A DNA stretch of 64,000 nt from Bdellovibrionota bacterium (GTDB lineage: Bacteria > Bdellovibrionota > UBA2428). The number at the start of each line of letters is the position of its first letter. Within the stretch, counting starts at the first letter, position 1. Shown in pieces: positions 37,651 to 47,339 of the stretch. Under the pieces are notes generated by a model that saw only the letters and a program-made list of their open reading frames with translations, was not told where the DNA came from and did not search any database. The DNA lies in contig CAXNEW010000002.1 in assembly GCA_964201665.1 (NCBI GenBank), positions 9,807-73,806 of the forward strand. The letters are read 5' to 3'. A program made the position numbers and the translations under genes.

Positions 37651-38311
37651 AACCGAACCTTAGGGCAGTACTGATGTTGGAAAGGTCAGTTTGGATTCGG
37701 TTTATTTGAACCAGGGGTTCAATCAAAAATCCTGAAAATTCTAAAGGTACGGCAAAAGCGAAATAGGGATTTATCCCCCAGCTTAAGCCTTGGGTGCCAT
37801 CGCCTCTCAGGTAGGGAGTGTAGCGGTATTCCAGGCCTGACTTGAATCCAATTTTGGCAAGCGATCTTGGACCCGATCGCGATCTGTAAAAAAAGCCGAA
37901 ACCGAACGGAATTGAATGCAGTTTTTCAGTTTTAAAACTCAAAACACCTCTGTAACCACTTTCAAGTTCTAACGAGAGGGGTTGGTTTTTTAAATCCCAA
38001 ACAAATCCCAAAAGGCCCTCAATGCCGAGGCCACTAAGAGTGGTGGAGCCCAGGGCCTGGTTACTGATGGGAACCTGAATCCAGCTCCAGTTGGCTCCGA
38101 TTTTAACTTGAGTTCGAAAAATGGATCCCGCGGCAGACGATTTGTTTGTGTAAGGTTCGGTAACTAAATTTTGTTGGGGTGATTCTTTAGGAATTTTCGA
38201 GCCCTCTGTGGCGCTTTGTGTGCCCTCATAGGGATAGTCTTGGCCAAATGCGGGCAGAGTGAAAAATAAGAATGAAAAAAAATAAAAAGAAACAAATTTT
38301 ATTTTGGCCAT
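37640..38311 (-). CDS. Small outer-membrane beta-barrel protein
   Basis: Signal peptide (FFTLPAFGQ). Beta-strand periodicity ending ...ALRFGFVF (C-terminal Phe). Confidence 0.5.
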   Translation of the reverse strand: MAKIKFVSFYFFSFLFFTLPAFGQDYPYEGTQSATEGSKIPKESPQQNLVTEPYTNKSSAAGSIFRTQVKIGANWSWIQVPISNQALGSTTLSGLGIEGLLGFVWDLKNQPLSLELESGYRGVLSFKTEKLHSIPFGFGFFYRSRSGPRSLAKIGFKSGLEYRYTPYLRGDGTQGLSWGINPYFAFAVPLEFSGFLIEPLVQINRIQTDLSNISTALRFGFVF

Positions 38312-38344
38312 AACTCGGTTTTATCATGAGCCTGGGCAATGACA

Positions 38345-38425
38345 AAAACTAGCCGCCCGGTTTGCACGAACACCGTTGGGGTCGAGTACCGCGGTGTCGG
38401 AGCAAACCGTGTTCATGCAAAATAG
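38345..38425. repeat. Partial inverted copy of the left arm of the 225-bp structured repeat
   Basis: TTTGCACGAACACCGTTGG ... CCGCGGTG ... CAAACCGTGTTCATGCAAAA. Confidence 0.4.
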
Positions 38426-38432
38426 GGGTGGG

Positions 38433-38486
38433 GGAAACAAAAAAAAGGCCCGTAACCGGCACTCCTGTCGGAGTTGGTTACGGGCC
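38433..38486 (-). terminator. Rho-independent terminator of flagellin gene 1
   Basis: GGCCCGTAACC / GGTTACGGGCC 11-bp stem followed (on the minus strand) by a T8 run. Confidence 0.65.
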
Positions 38487-38636
38487 CTACACAATTTAGA
38501 CCTGAGTTTTCGGTGCAAAAGGCGCTCCGCGCCTAGAACCGATAGCTTGTCTAGAGAAGGGAGGTTCTCCAACCTCATCGCCCTAAACCGCGGGGCATCG
38601 AAAGCACCGATTAACTCGCGGTCCAAACTTTTAAAA

Positions 38637-39464
38637 CTAGATCAATTTCAAAGCTGCTGAAGTTGCGTTGTTGGCTTGGGCCAAAGTCGCAACGCCGGCT
38701 TGTTGAAGAATTGTATTCTTCGCCAAGTTGGCTGATTCTTCTGCAAAGTCAGCGTCTCGGATACGGCTGGTAGCAGCAGTCAGGTTTTCTCGGTAAGTCG
38801 AGATGTTGTTAACTGAGGTGTTGAGTCGGCTTTGAACCGCACCAAAGTTAGCGCGCATTTCGGCTACTTTTGAAATTGCCGGGTCAATTCGACCCAGGGT
38901 TTCCCGTGCGTCGTCTTTGGACGAAACAGAAATTCCGTCAATTTCGAGTGAATCTACGGAAGCATTCGAATTGCCTGCTGCGTAGGTGATGTAATCGTTT
39001 TCAGTTCCGCGGATACCAATTTGGAAATCCAGAGAGGGTGCTGAACCATCAAGGAGTTTTGCTCCCGAGTATTCAGTGGTGTTTGCAATACGATCGAGTT
39101 CTTTTACAAGTTCAGAAACTTCGACGTTTACAAATCCCCTCTCAGCTTCGCCAATGGTGTCAGAGGCTGCTTGAGTTGCAAGTTCACGGATACGAACCAA
39201 AACGTTAGTTGTTTCAGACAAGCCGCCATCAGCAACTTGAACGAAAGAAATTCCGTCTTGACCGTTACGCTCGGCTTGAGCCAAGCCTCGCAATTGGCCT
39301 CTCATGGATTCGGAGATCGCTAGTCCTGCAACGTCGTCCATCGCTTTGTTGATGCGAAGTCCGCTTGCAAGGCGCTCCATGGATCGCTCCAGACCCGAAC
39401 TATTCATTCGGACTTGGCGTTGAGCAATTACGCTCGGCATGTTGGTTTGAATTCTTAATCCCAT
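38637..39464 (-). CDS. fliC: Flagellin
   Basis: Conserved N- and C-terminal flagellin helices (MGLRIQTNMPSVIAQRQ ... LAQANNATSAALKLI). 275 aa. Confidence 0.9.
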   Translation of the reverse strand: MGLRIQTNMPSVIAQRQVRMNSSGLERSMERLASGLRINKAMDDVAGLAISESMRGQLRGLAQAERNGQDGISFVQVADGGLSETTNVLVRIRELATQAASDTIGEAERGFVNVEVSELVKELDRIANTTEYSGAKLLDGSAPSLDFQIGIRGTENDYITYAAGNSNASVDSLEIDGISVSSKDDARETLGRIDPAISKVAEMRANFGAVQSRLNTSVNNISTYRENLTAATSRIRDADFAEESANLAKNTILQQAGVATLAQANNATSAALKLI

Positions 39465-39581
39465 ACTTAACCCTCCCTTATGTGGGCGTGCCGTAGGGGT
39501 GCACGCCCGGATCGGTTTGCGGGCGCCTTAGGAAGACCATCTTCCCGAGTTTTACGCACCGCATAATTTGTTGCATGGAGC

Positions 39582-39608
39582 TATTCGGCACACTGCGTCA
39601 GAACTTTA
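39582..39608 (-). promoter_or_regulatory. Sigma-28 (FliA)-type promoter for flagellin gene 1
   Basis: Minus-strand TAAAGTTC-N11-GCCGAATA, compared with the consensus TAAAGTTT-N11-GCCGATAA. About 120 nt upstream of the start. Confidence 0.6.
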
Positions 39609-39852
39609 GCGCGGCGAGTTAAGTGTTGGGGTGTCCTAAGGAAAAACCAATTTAAAAACAATGGGTTAAGAGAATAAAAATATTTTGCAGCGCGTTAGGT
39701 TTGTGGCCGCCGCATGTTTGCTTGGCTGTTTCTGGCCTGCGCTTGTTAGCTTGGCTGTTTCCGTCCTGTCCCCAATCGTAGATTTTTTGACGGGATTCCA
39801 AAAAAATCAAACTTCTCTACACTGAATAAACAAAACTTATTTGGAGGGATAA

Positions 39853-41067
39853 ATGAAAAAGACATTACTATTAATTGCAGCTTGTTCAGTTTTAGGGGCT
39901 TGTAGCAACAAGCGGACTGCAGCAGGAACATTTCCTGACTTTGGTGCGCTCATGCTAAAGGCAGCGCCAAATCTTAAGGTGGCTGCTTTGGCAGTGCAAA
40001 GTTCGCCGCTACAGCAAAATGAACTTTTAGATTTTTCTCCTTTTGCAATTTCTGTTCCGCAGTCGAGTCAATTCTCGACCACAGCTGGTGATTGGACATT
40101 GGCTCTTAATTCGGGAGCAAATACCTTAGGAACAGTTTTAGATGGAAGCTCGACTGCCCCGATTACAAGTATGTTTGCTTTGGTCCGTGCGGCACAAGGA
40201 AACATGGATAAAATAAATTCTGATTATTCAGATGAGAGCGGCGAGCCCACAAACTGTACCGCAATTGCAGCGGGAACCAACGTAACAATTCCCTTTTGGT
40301 CGACTGCCACAAATGCTTCTTTCAATAACTGGACCGATTCTGACAAATATACCTGTTACGCAACATTCACCTACAACGGAGCAACCGGCTATAATATTTT
40401 TGGACGAAAGGCTATTGCTAGCCCGCCCGCAGGGTGTACGGATGCCTTCGAGTACTACGTCACAACTGGTTATGGCGGTGATGATGTTCCAACCAACACA
40501 CAGGATGGAAACAGATACGGAACCACATCAGACAACTTTTCTATAGGTCGTTACTATTTTAATGGTTGTACCAAAGACATGAAAATCAACCTCGTCTGGC
40601 ATACCCTTTATTCGGGTGGCGCAGGGGCCGAAAACCCAGATCAATACCGGTTCTCAGGCCGTTCAGAGCTCACAGGTAACGAAACAGAAAAAACCTTTAC
40701 AATCCGAACGTCCTTCATTGATGATTCGGCGACCGTTGATGCCACTGATAGTGGTGGAATTACAGTTGTCCTAGGTCACGGCAAAAGTCGCAAAAAAGAT
40801 ACCGCTGACTCTACGGCTACGTTTGCAATCGGCTATGACAAGGATATGGTTTGTAACCTCACTGGCACTTGTGGGTCCGAGGCTGCATCGGGAGGATTCT
40901 GTATCTCAAATGCAGGTACCGAAGATTCCTATGTCCAAGATACAAGTGCTCCAGCCACCACCTGTGCTTCGCATGTTACGGGCTACGATGGCTTAACCGA
41001 GTTGGTGTGGAATGATATTCCAAGCACAAATGTCATTCTAAATAATGCCGCTTTTGGTTTGCCCTAG
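39853..41067 (+). CDS. Thr/Ser/Gly-rich lipoprotein
   Basis: Lipobox LLIAACSVLGAC|S. Low-complexity T/S/G/A-rich, Cys-containing body. RBS GGAGGG upstream. Confidence 0.55.
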   Translation: MKKTLLLIAACSVLGACSNKRTAAGTFPDFGALMLKAAPNLKVAALAVQSSPLQQNELLDFSPFAISVPQSSQFSTTAGDWTLALNSGANTLGTVLDGSSTAPITSMFALVRAAQGNMDKINSDYSDESGEPTNCTAIAAGTNVTIPFWSTATNASFNNWTDSDKYTCYATFTYNGATGYNIFGRKAIASPPAGCTDAFEYYVTTGYGGDDVPTNTQDGNRYGTTSDNFSIGRYYFNGCTKDMKINLVWHTLYSGGAGAENPDQYRFSGRSELTGNETEKTFTIRTSFIDDSATVDATDSGGITVVLGHGKSRKKDTADSTATFAIGYDKDMVCNLTGTCGSEAASGGFCISNAGTEDSYVQDTSAPATTCASHVTGYDGLTELVWNDIPSTNVILNNAAFGLP

Positions 41068-41113
41068 TGGATATTGGTTTTAAAAAAAAATTAAAAAAAT
41101 AAATCAAAAATTT

Positions 41114-41157
41114 AAACCCCTGGAAGATTCAAACTCTTCCAGGGGTTAGTTTTTTGA
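41114..41157 (+). terminator. Rho-independent terminator
   Basis: AACCCCTGGAAGA ... TCTTCCAGGGGTT followed by TTTTTT. Confidence 0.6.
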
Positions 41158-41227
41158 CAGTCCTTGCGTCTAAATCGAATGCGTTTACCATGAATATTCA
41201 ACGTTAAAAGGGGGAGTTAACAAAATC

Positions 41228-42472
41228 ATGAAAAATATCTTGGGTCTTTTGTCTGTCGGGCTTGTGCTTTCGGCGTGTGGGGGAAAAAAAGGAAATCTTG
41301 CCTTGAATTTCGTTCCGACAGGATCACTTTCAGTAACTTCATTTGAAAATCCTATCGATAAACTCGATTTGGGGACGATTGTTTTAAATGCAGTTGCATC
41401 TTTGCCAACCGGTGCTGTTACAGGATTAATCAGTTACAAAGTTTATTTTCGTTCCATACAGGTTTGTGAATCTATTGTGACTTCGGGCAGCGGTTACTCA
41501 AACCCCTCGGGATGTGCCACTGTTTATGAAAACAGTTCGGATGCCTACACCGGTATTGAGTTACCAACAGCTGCCCACGCAGCGACATTTTTAGCAGCAG
41601 GCACCGGAAAATACTTTGATCTTTTGAGCGCCACAGACAGAGCAGCATTGGCCGCGGCTGCTGAGATTGACGCTGGCGACTATAACTGGGGTCTAATGGA
41701 AACCCACCCTTGGGTAAAAATAACTGCAAAATCTGGAACTCTTTGCACTAAGTCTGGCGGAACTTTCGTGCCTGTTGACCAATACAGTTCGTACATGCAA
41801 GTCGCAAGTCTTGATTGCGGTAGCGGTGGCCCCGAGGAAGCCTTGGTGTATATGACCAACGGTAACTCCAGCTTTAAGTTTGCAAACCCTCTGTCAGTCG
41901 CAGATGGCGCCACTGTAAGTGCGAAAATTATTTACAACTTGGATGACAACATTGTTGCCCAAACGGGGACGGCTTCAAATGGTTCGGGTGCCTTGAGGAG
42001 CGCCAGTTCAGATGGTGGATCCTTCACGGTGCCGATGTTTAATGCGACTCCTATGATTTTAGCAGCGGGTGAGGCTCTCACCAAAGAGACCTACCTTTTT
42101 GATATTACGGGAACAGATTTTACCAGTGATCAAATGAGGATTGATTTGTACTATGGAGCAAATGACACCACTGCGACACCTGTTGCTGTAACTGGAAGTC
42201 ATATTAAGAATGATGGGATGACCCAGCACGGCAGTCTCAAGTTTGACGAGGTTCAACTCGAAAATACAACTACCATCAAGTTGTTAGATTACAAGGGTAC
42301 TGTGCCTGTCACGTTTACAAGAACAGCCGCAGGAGTTGCCTCAACGGGTTCAGGGGCATGCGGATCAGGAACAACCGATCCTTACTATGCAGCATGTAAT
42401 GCAGGGGCCTCCGCGTCTTCTACCTTTACATTGTCAGACGCAAACGGACCCACAATTTCTACAGTAGAATAA
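41228..42472 (+). CDS. Thr/Ser/Gly-rich lipoprotein (same kind as 39853-41067)
   Basis: Lipobox LVLSAC|GGKK. Similar composition. Confidence 0.55.
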   Translation: MKNILGLLSVGLVLSACGGKKGNLALNFVPTGSLSVTSFENPIDKLDLGTIVLNAVASLPTGAVTGLISYKVYFRSIQVCESIVTSGSGYSNPSGCATVYENSSDAYTGIELPTAAHAATFLAAGTGKYFDLLSATDRAALAAAAEIDAGDYNWGLMETHPWVKITAKSGTLCTKSGGTFVPVDQYSSYMQVASLDCGSGGPEEALVYMTNGNSSFKFANPLSVADGATVSAKIIYNLDDNIVAQTGTASNGSGALRSASSDGGSFTVPMFNATPMILAAGEALTKETYLFDITGTDFTSDQMRIDLYYGANDTTATPVAVTGSHIKNDGMTQHGSLKFDEVQLENTTTIKLLDYKGTVPVTFTRTAAGVASTGSGACGSGTTDPYYAACNAGASASSTFTLSDANGPTISTVE

Positions 42473-42496
42473 AAAACATTAAGACGCCAAAAGTCC

Positions 42497-42540
42497 AAAA
42501 CGCCCTCGCAAAACTCTATGTTTTGCGAGGGCGTTCTATT
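42497..42540. terminator. Bidirectional hairpin terminator between convergent genes
   Basis: AAAACGCCCTCGCAAAA ... TTTTGCGAGGGCGTT. Confidence 0.6.
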
Positions 42541-44622
42541 TTAAAAAATAATTTGATCCAAAAGTTGAAGCATTTTTTGGTCGATGCTGTCGACTCTACC
42601 GTCTTTGTTGATGTCGAGTTTTAGAGTCCATTTATATTTGTTAGCTGTTACACTCAAAATGAATTCTTCAATTTGATTTTTACGTTCCTCAACATCCCCA
42701 AAAAAATGAATGTCGCCCAAGCCTAAAAAAACGAAATCCTCAACCTTGCTTGGAGCAAAGTCGGTTAACTTGGTTTTTAAAAAATGAGTCATTTGGTGTT
42801 GGGCCCACCTTAATAACAAACAATCCAGAGGGGTCTCAAATTTTTCGGCAATTTCATAGGCGAATAAATTGGAATTGTTTTTGGTTTTTCCAAAGGTGTC
42901 GGATATGGGTTTTGTGAAAAGAATTTGTAATTGTGTATTGAGGGTTTTTTCAAATTCCTGATTCCAGGCTTGGTTAAACAATTCGGAGCTTTGTGTTAGA
43001 TCGCCAAGAAATGGCGCCACCAGAATTTCAATTGAATCGCGAGATTTTGAGGAGTTTAGACCTCGAACTGTTTGCAAAATATTTTCACGTAAATTTAGAG
43101 CTGAATTTTCATTAGGAAACTCATATTTCGCTTTCCAATATTCATTGAAACTATGGCTAAGTTCAGCATTACGTCTTAAAAATTCCAACAAAACCTCTCG
43201 TTGGGATTTTACGGGCTGAATACCGGCTAGGTCGGCGCTTAGCCTATGATAAATGTCAGTGAGTTTATTTTGCTCCTGGGCCAGAGCTTCAGATTGACCA
43301 AAAATCGATTCAGAAAGTATTTTCTCTAAAATTTCATATGTCGGATTTTGGTGATTGTCTGCGGTTAATGGATAGTGGGCCAGCAGAGCCGATGAACAAA
43401 GGTAATTGAGATCGAAAAGGACCCAACTAAGAACCCTTTGGTCGTGCAGACCTGAGGGGTGGCCTGGGGGATAAGCCAGTCGGGGATGTTGCTCGTTGTG
43501 AATAATCCAAAACCCAAATTTAAAAAGGCGAGATATAAATTCGCGGCTGAACGGGACCTTGGTAAATTTTTCAAATCGAAGGGGTACATCTGTGGCATTA
43601 ATCTCTCCAAGTGAACCCACAGTGCGCTCAGGTGTTAAGGCGACATTTTCACCCTTAGGAGAAAAACCTTTTGACTTAAATTCAATAAGACTTTGGAAGC
43701 GTTGTTCTTCTTTTCTCAGTTCAGTTGAAAAGGTTTTTAGATTTATAGATAAATCTTCTAAAACCCTTACGGCCAATTCAGTAGACGGGTTACTCGTGTG
43801 CGCGATTGCTCTGGTGTAAACTAAATCAATTGATTCGTTTAAGTTTTCTAAAAGGTCTACCGGGGAGTTCCAGGCCTGCGGAGTGGGAAAGTTTGGGACC
43901 TCTCCCCATTGAAGTAAAAAATTAATTAAATTGGGAAGGGGGTCTTTTTCAAGCTGGGGAACTATTTTTTGTTCGACAAAAATTAGGGTCTTAATCCACT
44001 GGTGTAAATTTTGATTTCTAAAAAGAATGCCAGCATGAAATCGAGCTACTCGAATTTCTGAGTCATTGAGCTCAACTTGTTCAGATTTGGTAACAAGCTC
44101 TTTAAACCTTATTTCATGCTCGAAGATACTCAGTCTGCGAGTTTCCGGATTTAATCCTTCTGAGAGTTGTTTTTTCAAAAGGCCAAGCTCTTCGGTGATT
44201 CTAAGTGAGAAGGGTAGGGCAAGAAATTTAAAAGTGCCAAGTTCTGAGAAAATAGAGGTTAAGCCAATTCCTAAATAATTGGGCCCAAAGGGTCCCACTG
44301 AGCTCGAGGGTAATCCGTTGGAGGCATTATCTAGAATCGCTTGAATTTTTGCGGCTTCAGAATAAAGCTTAAAGGCCAAATCCCTTGTTAGGTTGAACTG
44401 ATTTTGGAATTCTATAAATGTTTTATGATTAGAATCAAAAATCGAATTTACTCTTTTTGCATAAGTATAGGGCGAATATTTATGGTCCTGATCCCAATAG
44501 GTCTGAACCTCAGGGGGAATTTGAATGGGGCTCTCCCTTAGATTCTGAGCAACAGCGCTAGGGTTTCCGTTCGAAATGATTTTTAAAAAGAAAAAAAAAT
44601 ATAAACAGAACTGGGTTTTCAC
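42541..44622 (-). CDS. Large secreted hypothetical protein with a C-terminal EF-hand/dockerin-like Ca-binding loop
   Basis: Signal peptide. 693 aa with no recognized catalytic motif. C-terminal DINKDGRVDSID fits the 12-residue EF-hand loop consensus. Confidence 0.5.
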   Translation of the reverse strand: MKTQFCLYFFFFLKIISNGNPSAVAQNLRESPIQIPPEVQTYWDQDHKYSPYTYAKRVNSIFDSNHKTFIEFQNQFNLTRDLAFKLYSEAAKIQAILDNASNGLPSSSVGPFGPNYLGIGLTSIFSELGTFKFLALPFSLRITEELGLLKKQLSEGLNPETRRLSIFEHEIRFKELVTKSEQVELNDSEIRVARFHAGILFRNQNLHQWIKTLIFVEQKIVPQLEKDPLPNLINFLLQWGEVPNFPTPQAWNSPVDLLENLNESIDLVYTRAIAHTSNPSTELAVRVLEDLSINLKTFSTELRKEEQRFQSLIEFKSKGFSPKGENVALTPERTVGSLGEINATDVPLRFEKFTKVPFSREFISRLFKFGFWIIHNEQHPRLAYPPGHPSGLHDQRVLSWVLFDLNYLCSSALLAHYPLTADNHQNPTYEILEKILSESIFGQSEALAQEQNKLTDIYHRLSADLAGIQPVKSQREVLLEFLRRNAELSHSFNEYWKAKYEFPNENSALNLRENILQTVRGLNSSKSRDSIEILVAPFLGDLTQSSELFNQAWNQEFEKTLNTQLQILFTKPISDTFGKTKNNSNLFAYEIAEKFETPLDCLLLRWAQHQMTHFLKTKLTDFAPSKVEDFVFLGLGDIHFFGDVEERKNQIEEFILSVTANKYKWTLKLDINKDGRVDSIDQKMLQLLDQIIF

Positions 44623-44673
44623 ACTTGATTCTGGGTTTGCCAGAATTTTACCTTTTTGTATTCAGGAAAATTG

Positions 44674-44718
44674 CCAAAAAAAGTAACCCCCCGGAGCTTC
44701 TTTAAGGCTCCGGGGGGC
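44674..44718 (-). terminator. Rho-independent terminator of flagellin gene 2
   Basis: CCCCCCGGAGC ... GCTCCGGGGGG stem followed by a T-run on the minus strand. Confidence 0.6.
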
Positions 44719-44796
44719 TGGGGTTAACGGCGATGAGACCTGTAAGGGTACTCACACCAAAAAACCATTTTGAATTCTCAACTCAACTTCAGCTAA

Positions 44797-45630
44797 TTAA
44801 CCAATCAACTTCAGCGCAACAGCGGTCGAAGAGTTCGCCTGAGCCAAAACCGCAGTAGAGGCTTGAGCTTTTACTTGGTCTCGTGACAACTCGGAAGAAA
44901 CTACAGACAAATCTGCATCACGGATTCGGCTTTTCGCAGCAGAGAAGTTCTCGATAGCAACTTCGTTGTTTTGAATTGTCGAAAAGAGTCGGTTTTGGAG
45001 AGCTCCAAGAACCGCGCGATTTTCGTTCAAAACAGCAATTGAGTTATCAAGAGCTTCAAGTCCACCTTGGGCTGTAACTTTGCTGGTAACGTCAATATTC
45101 GCAAGACCTAAACGATCCAACGTTACGTTGGTTGCGCCAGGCTGGTACGATATACGGTCGTTAAATTCGTTGTTTCCAATTCCGATTTGAAAATCGAGCT
45201 TGTCGCCGCTTCCATTCAGCAACTTGGTTCCGTTAAACTCAGTTGATTGCGAAATTCGCTCCATCTCGAGTTTAAGTTGTTGAACCTCGTTGTTTAGGTA
45301 TCCGCGTTCACGTTGACCGACAGTGTCTGAAGCAGCTTGTACGCTCAATTCACGAAGACGGGTGATCATGTTGGAAACTTCATTCATGCCACCTTCAGCA
45401 ACTTGAATGAAAGAAATTCCGTCTTGAGCATTTCGTCCGGATTGTGCATACGATTTGATGTTAGCGTTCAACTGCTCGCTGATTGCGAGGCCGGCTGCAT
45501 CGTCTGCTGATTTGTTGATTCGGTTGCCTGAAGCGAGTTTTTCAACGTTGCCTGCAAGCACCATGTTGTTGGATCGTAAATTGCGCTGAGCATTTACGGC
45601 CATTAAGTTAGTATTAATTCTAAGTCCCAT
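44797..45630 (-). CDS. fliC: Flagellin (second paralog)
   Basis: MGLRINTNLMAVNAQRNL ... LAQANSSTAVALKLIG. 277 aa. Confidence 0.9.
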   Translation of the reverse strand: MGLRINTNLMAVNAQRNLRSNNMVLAGNVEKLASGNRINKSADDAAGLAISEQLNANIKSYAQSGRNAQDGISFIQVAEGGMNEVSNMITRLRELSVQAASDTVGQRERGYLNNEVQQLKLEMERISQSTEFNGTKLLNGSGDKLDFQIGIGNNEFNDRISYQPGATNVTLDRLGLANIDVTSKVTAQGGLEALDNSIAVLNENRAVLGALQNRLFSTIQNNEVAIENFSAAKSRIRDADLSVVSSELSRDQVKAQASTAVLAQANSSTAVALKLIG

Positions 45631-45930
45631 ATAAGTGTCTCCTAATTTGTTTTCACCGTTTCACCTCCTTGTTTTGTATTCCCCTCGCCGCATTTCTCAC
45701 CGTTGCGGTTTTTTTTGAGGGAGAGCCTGCTTAATTCCTTGGCTCATTTGTTAGTAGTTTCAGAAATTACTTGTTGGTTTTTTGACAGCTCTCAAAATTC
45801 CTAAGAGAGCATCCTTCCTTAGTTTGAAACCTTTTGTTTCTCGTCGTCCTGTCCTCCTTTCGTTCTGAACCCACCAAACCCCATGTTTGCGGGCCAAAGC
45901 GCCAATGCACTTTCGGCTGGCACATGACTG

Positions 45931-45957
45931 ATATCGGAATTTTGACGTTAGACTTTA
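45931..45957 (-). promoter_or_regulatory. Sigma-28-like promoter about 290 nt upstream of flagellin gene 2
   Basis: Minus-strand TAAAGTCT-N11-TCCGATAT. Confidence 0.45.
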
Positions 45958-46053
45958 AAAAAAATGTAAGAATTCTGACGACTTAGGCGCGGCGCGTGAG
46001 GAGCGGTGTGTAATGTCTTTGAATTTAAAATAAAAAAGTACAATGAAGATGGA

Positions 46054-46926
46054 ATGTCCCATCTCCCTATCAGTGTCCAGGCCATACTTAATTTTGTTCC
46101 AGACCAACAAAATGGAAATTATTTAGATGTCACAGGTGGCGGTGGGGGCCATGTTGAGGCTTTTCTAAATTTAAAAAATCACTGGAATGTTGAAGTTTGG
46201 GATACAGATCCTGAGGCCGTGCAAAGATTGAGGTTGAAATTTTCTGACCTCATTTCAAAAAGGCAGGTAGGGGTTTTGCATCGAAATTTTAGAATAGGCC
46301 CCGATCAGAAAGATTTAATGTTTGATTTTATTTTGGCTGATCTTGGTGTTTCCAGTTTTCAGTTAGACGATAAATCGCGAGGTCTATCTTTGTTTTCGGA
46401 AACGCCTGTAGATTTCAGGCTCAATCCCATGGAGGGACCGAGTTTTCTGGAATGGCTAAACGCCCAATCTGAGAGTCAGTTGTGTGAGATTTTGGAACGA
46501 TTTGGTGATGAGCCTAAGGCAAAAAGAGCTGCTAAGTTTCTAAAGGAATCTCCTGTTGAAATTTTTTCGAGCGCCAAAAAATTGGCCGAACGGATTGGAG
46601 AAGTTCTTCAGTACGGGGCGCCCAGTCGTATTCATCCGGCCACACGGATTTTTCAAGCACTTCGAATTGCCGTTAACGATGAGTGGGGAGCTCTCGACTC
46701 CCTTTTGAGCTGGGCACCAAAACAGCTCAAGGTGGGCGGTTGTTTGGCCATGCTCACATTTCATTCAATTGAAGACGGTCGGGTGAAAAATGCCTTTCGA
46801 GACTTGGCCGCAGGCCACAGCTTCGATATTCTAACAAAGAAACCCCTGGTTCCTAGTGACAAAGAGATTTTGGAAAATCCAAGATCTCGAAGCGCAAAGC
46901 TAAGGGTTTTGAGGCGCGCAAGTTAG
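46054..46926 (+). CDS. rsmH: 16S rRNA (cytosine1402-N4)-methyltransferase RsmH
   Basis: YLDVTGGGGGH SAM-binding motif and overall MraW layout. Start placed at MSHLPISV. Confidence 0.85.
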   Translation: MSHLPISVQAILNFVPDQQNGNYLDVTGGGGGHVEAFLNLKNHWNVEVWDTDPEAVQRLRLKFSDLISKRQVGVLHRNFRIGPDQKDLMFDFILADLGVSSFQLDDKSRGLSLFSETPVDFRLNPMEGPSFLEWLNAQSESQLCEILERFGDEPKAKRAAKFLKESPVEIFSSAKKLAERIGEVLQYGAPSRIHPATRIFQALRIAVNDEWGALDSLLSWAPKQLKVGGCLAMLTFHSIEDGRVKNAFRDLAAGHSFDILTKKPLVPSDKEILENPRSRSAKLRVLRRAS

Positions 46927-46955
46927 GGGCCAGAAATTGTCTTTAGAATCGTAGA

Positions 46956-47339
46956 TTGGGGAGGGGATTTTCTAAAATGGTACGCATTAACCCTCGGAAG
47001 GATTTTGGTAAAACTTCTCGTCTCAAAAATTCAGCCGCCGCCTTAAATGTTTTTTGGTTGATTGCGATTTGTTCTGGTTTTTTTATAGTTCATATCTGGG
47101 CTCGAACTTGGGTGGTAAAAAAGAGCTATCAAATTGGTGACCTTCGAAATGAAGTGCGTAAATTAGAGGCCGATTTGGCCGCAAACGTTGTCGAAAAAAA
47201 CAAAATCATGGGGCCTAAAAATTTGCAATCCTGGGTAAGTAGATTTCAGTTAGAAGGTGTCTATTTTCAAAAACCTCAGGCCTCTCAGGTTTATTTTTTG
47301 AAGGCCGATCAACCTTCAGTAAAAGACGAGTCCCCCTAA
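46956..47339 (+). CDS. ftsL: FtsL-like cell-division protein
   Basis: Short cytoplasmic N-terminus, a single TM (VFWLIAICSGFFIVHIW), and a coiled-coil (VRKLEADLAANVVEKNK). Sits between rsmH and ftsI. Confidence 0.5.
   Translation: MGRGFSKMVRINPRKDFGKTSRLKNSAAALNVFWLIAICSGFFIVHIWARTWVVKKSYQIGDLRNEVRKLEADLAANVVEKNKIMGPKNLQSWVSRFQLEGVYFQKPQASQVYFLKADQPSVKDESP

Noticed and set aside
45690-45725. Possible plus-strand terminator hairpin (CCGCA...TGCGG followed by T8) in the fliC2 leader
   Set aside because: The stem is only 5 bp. More likely it is part of the structured minus-strand 5'UTR than a plus-strand terminator.
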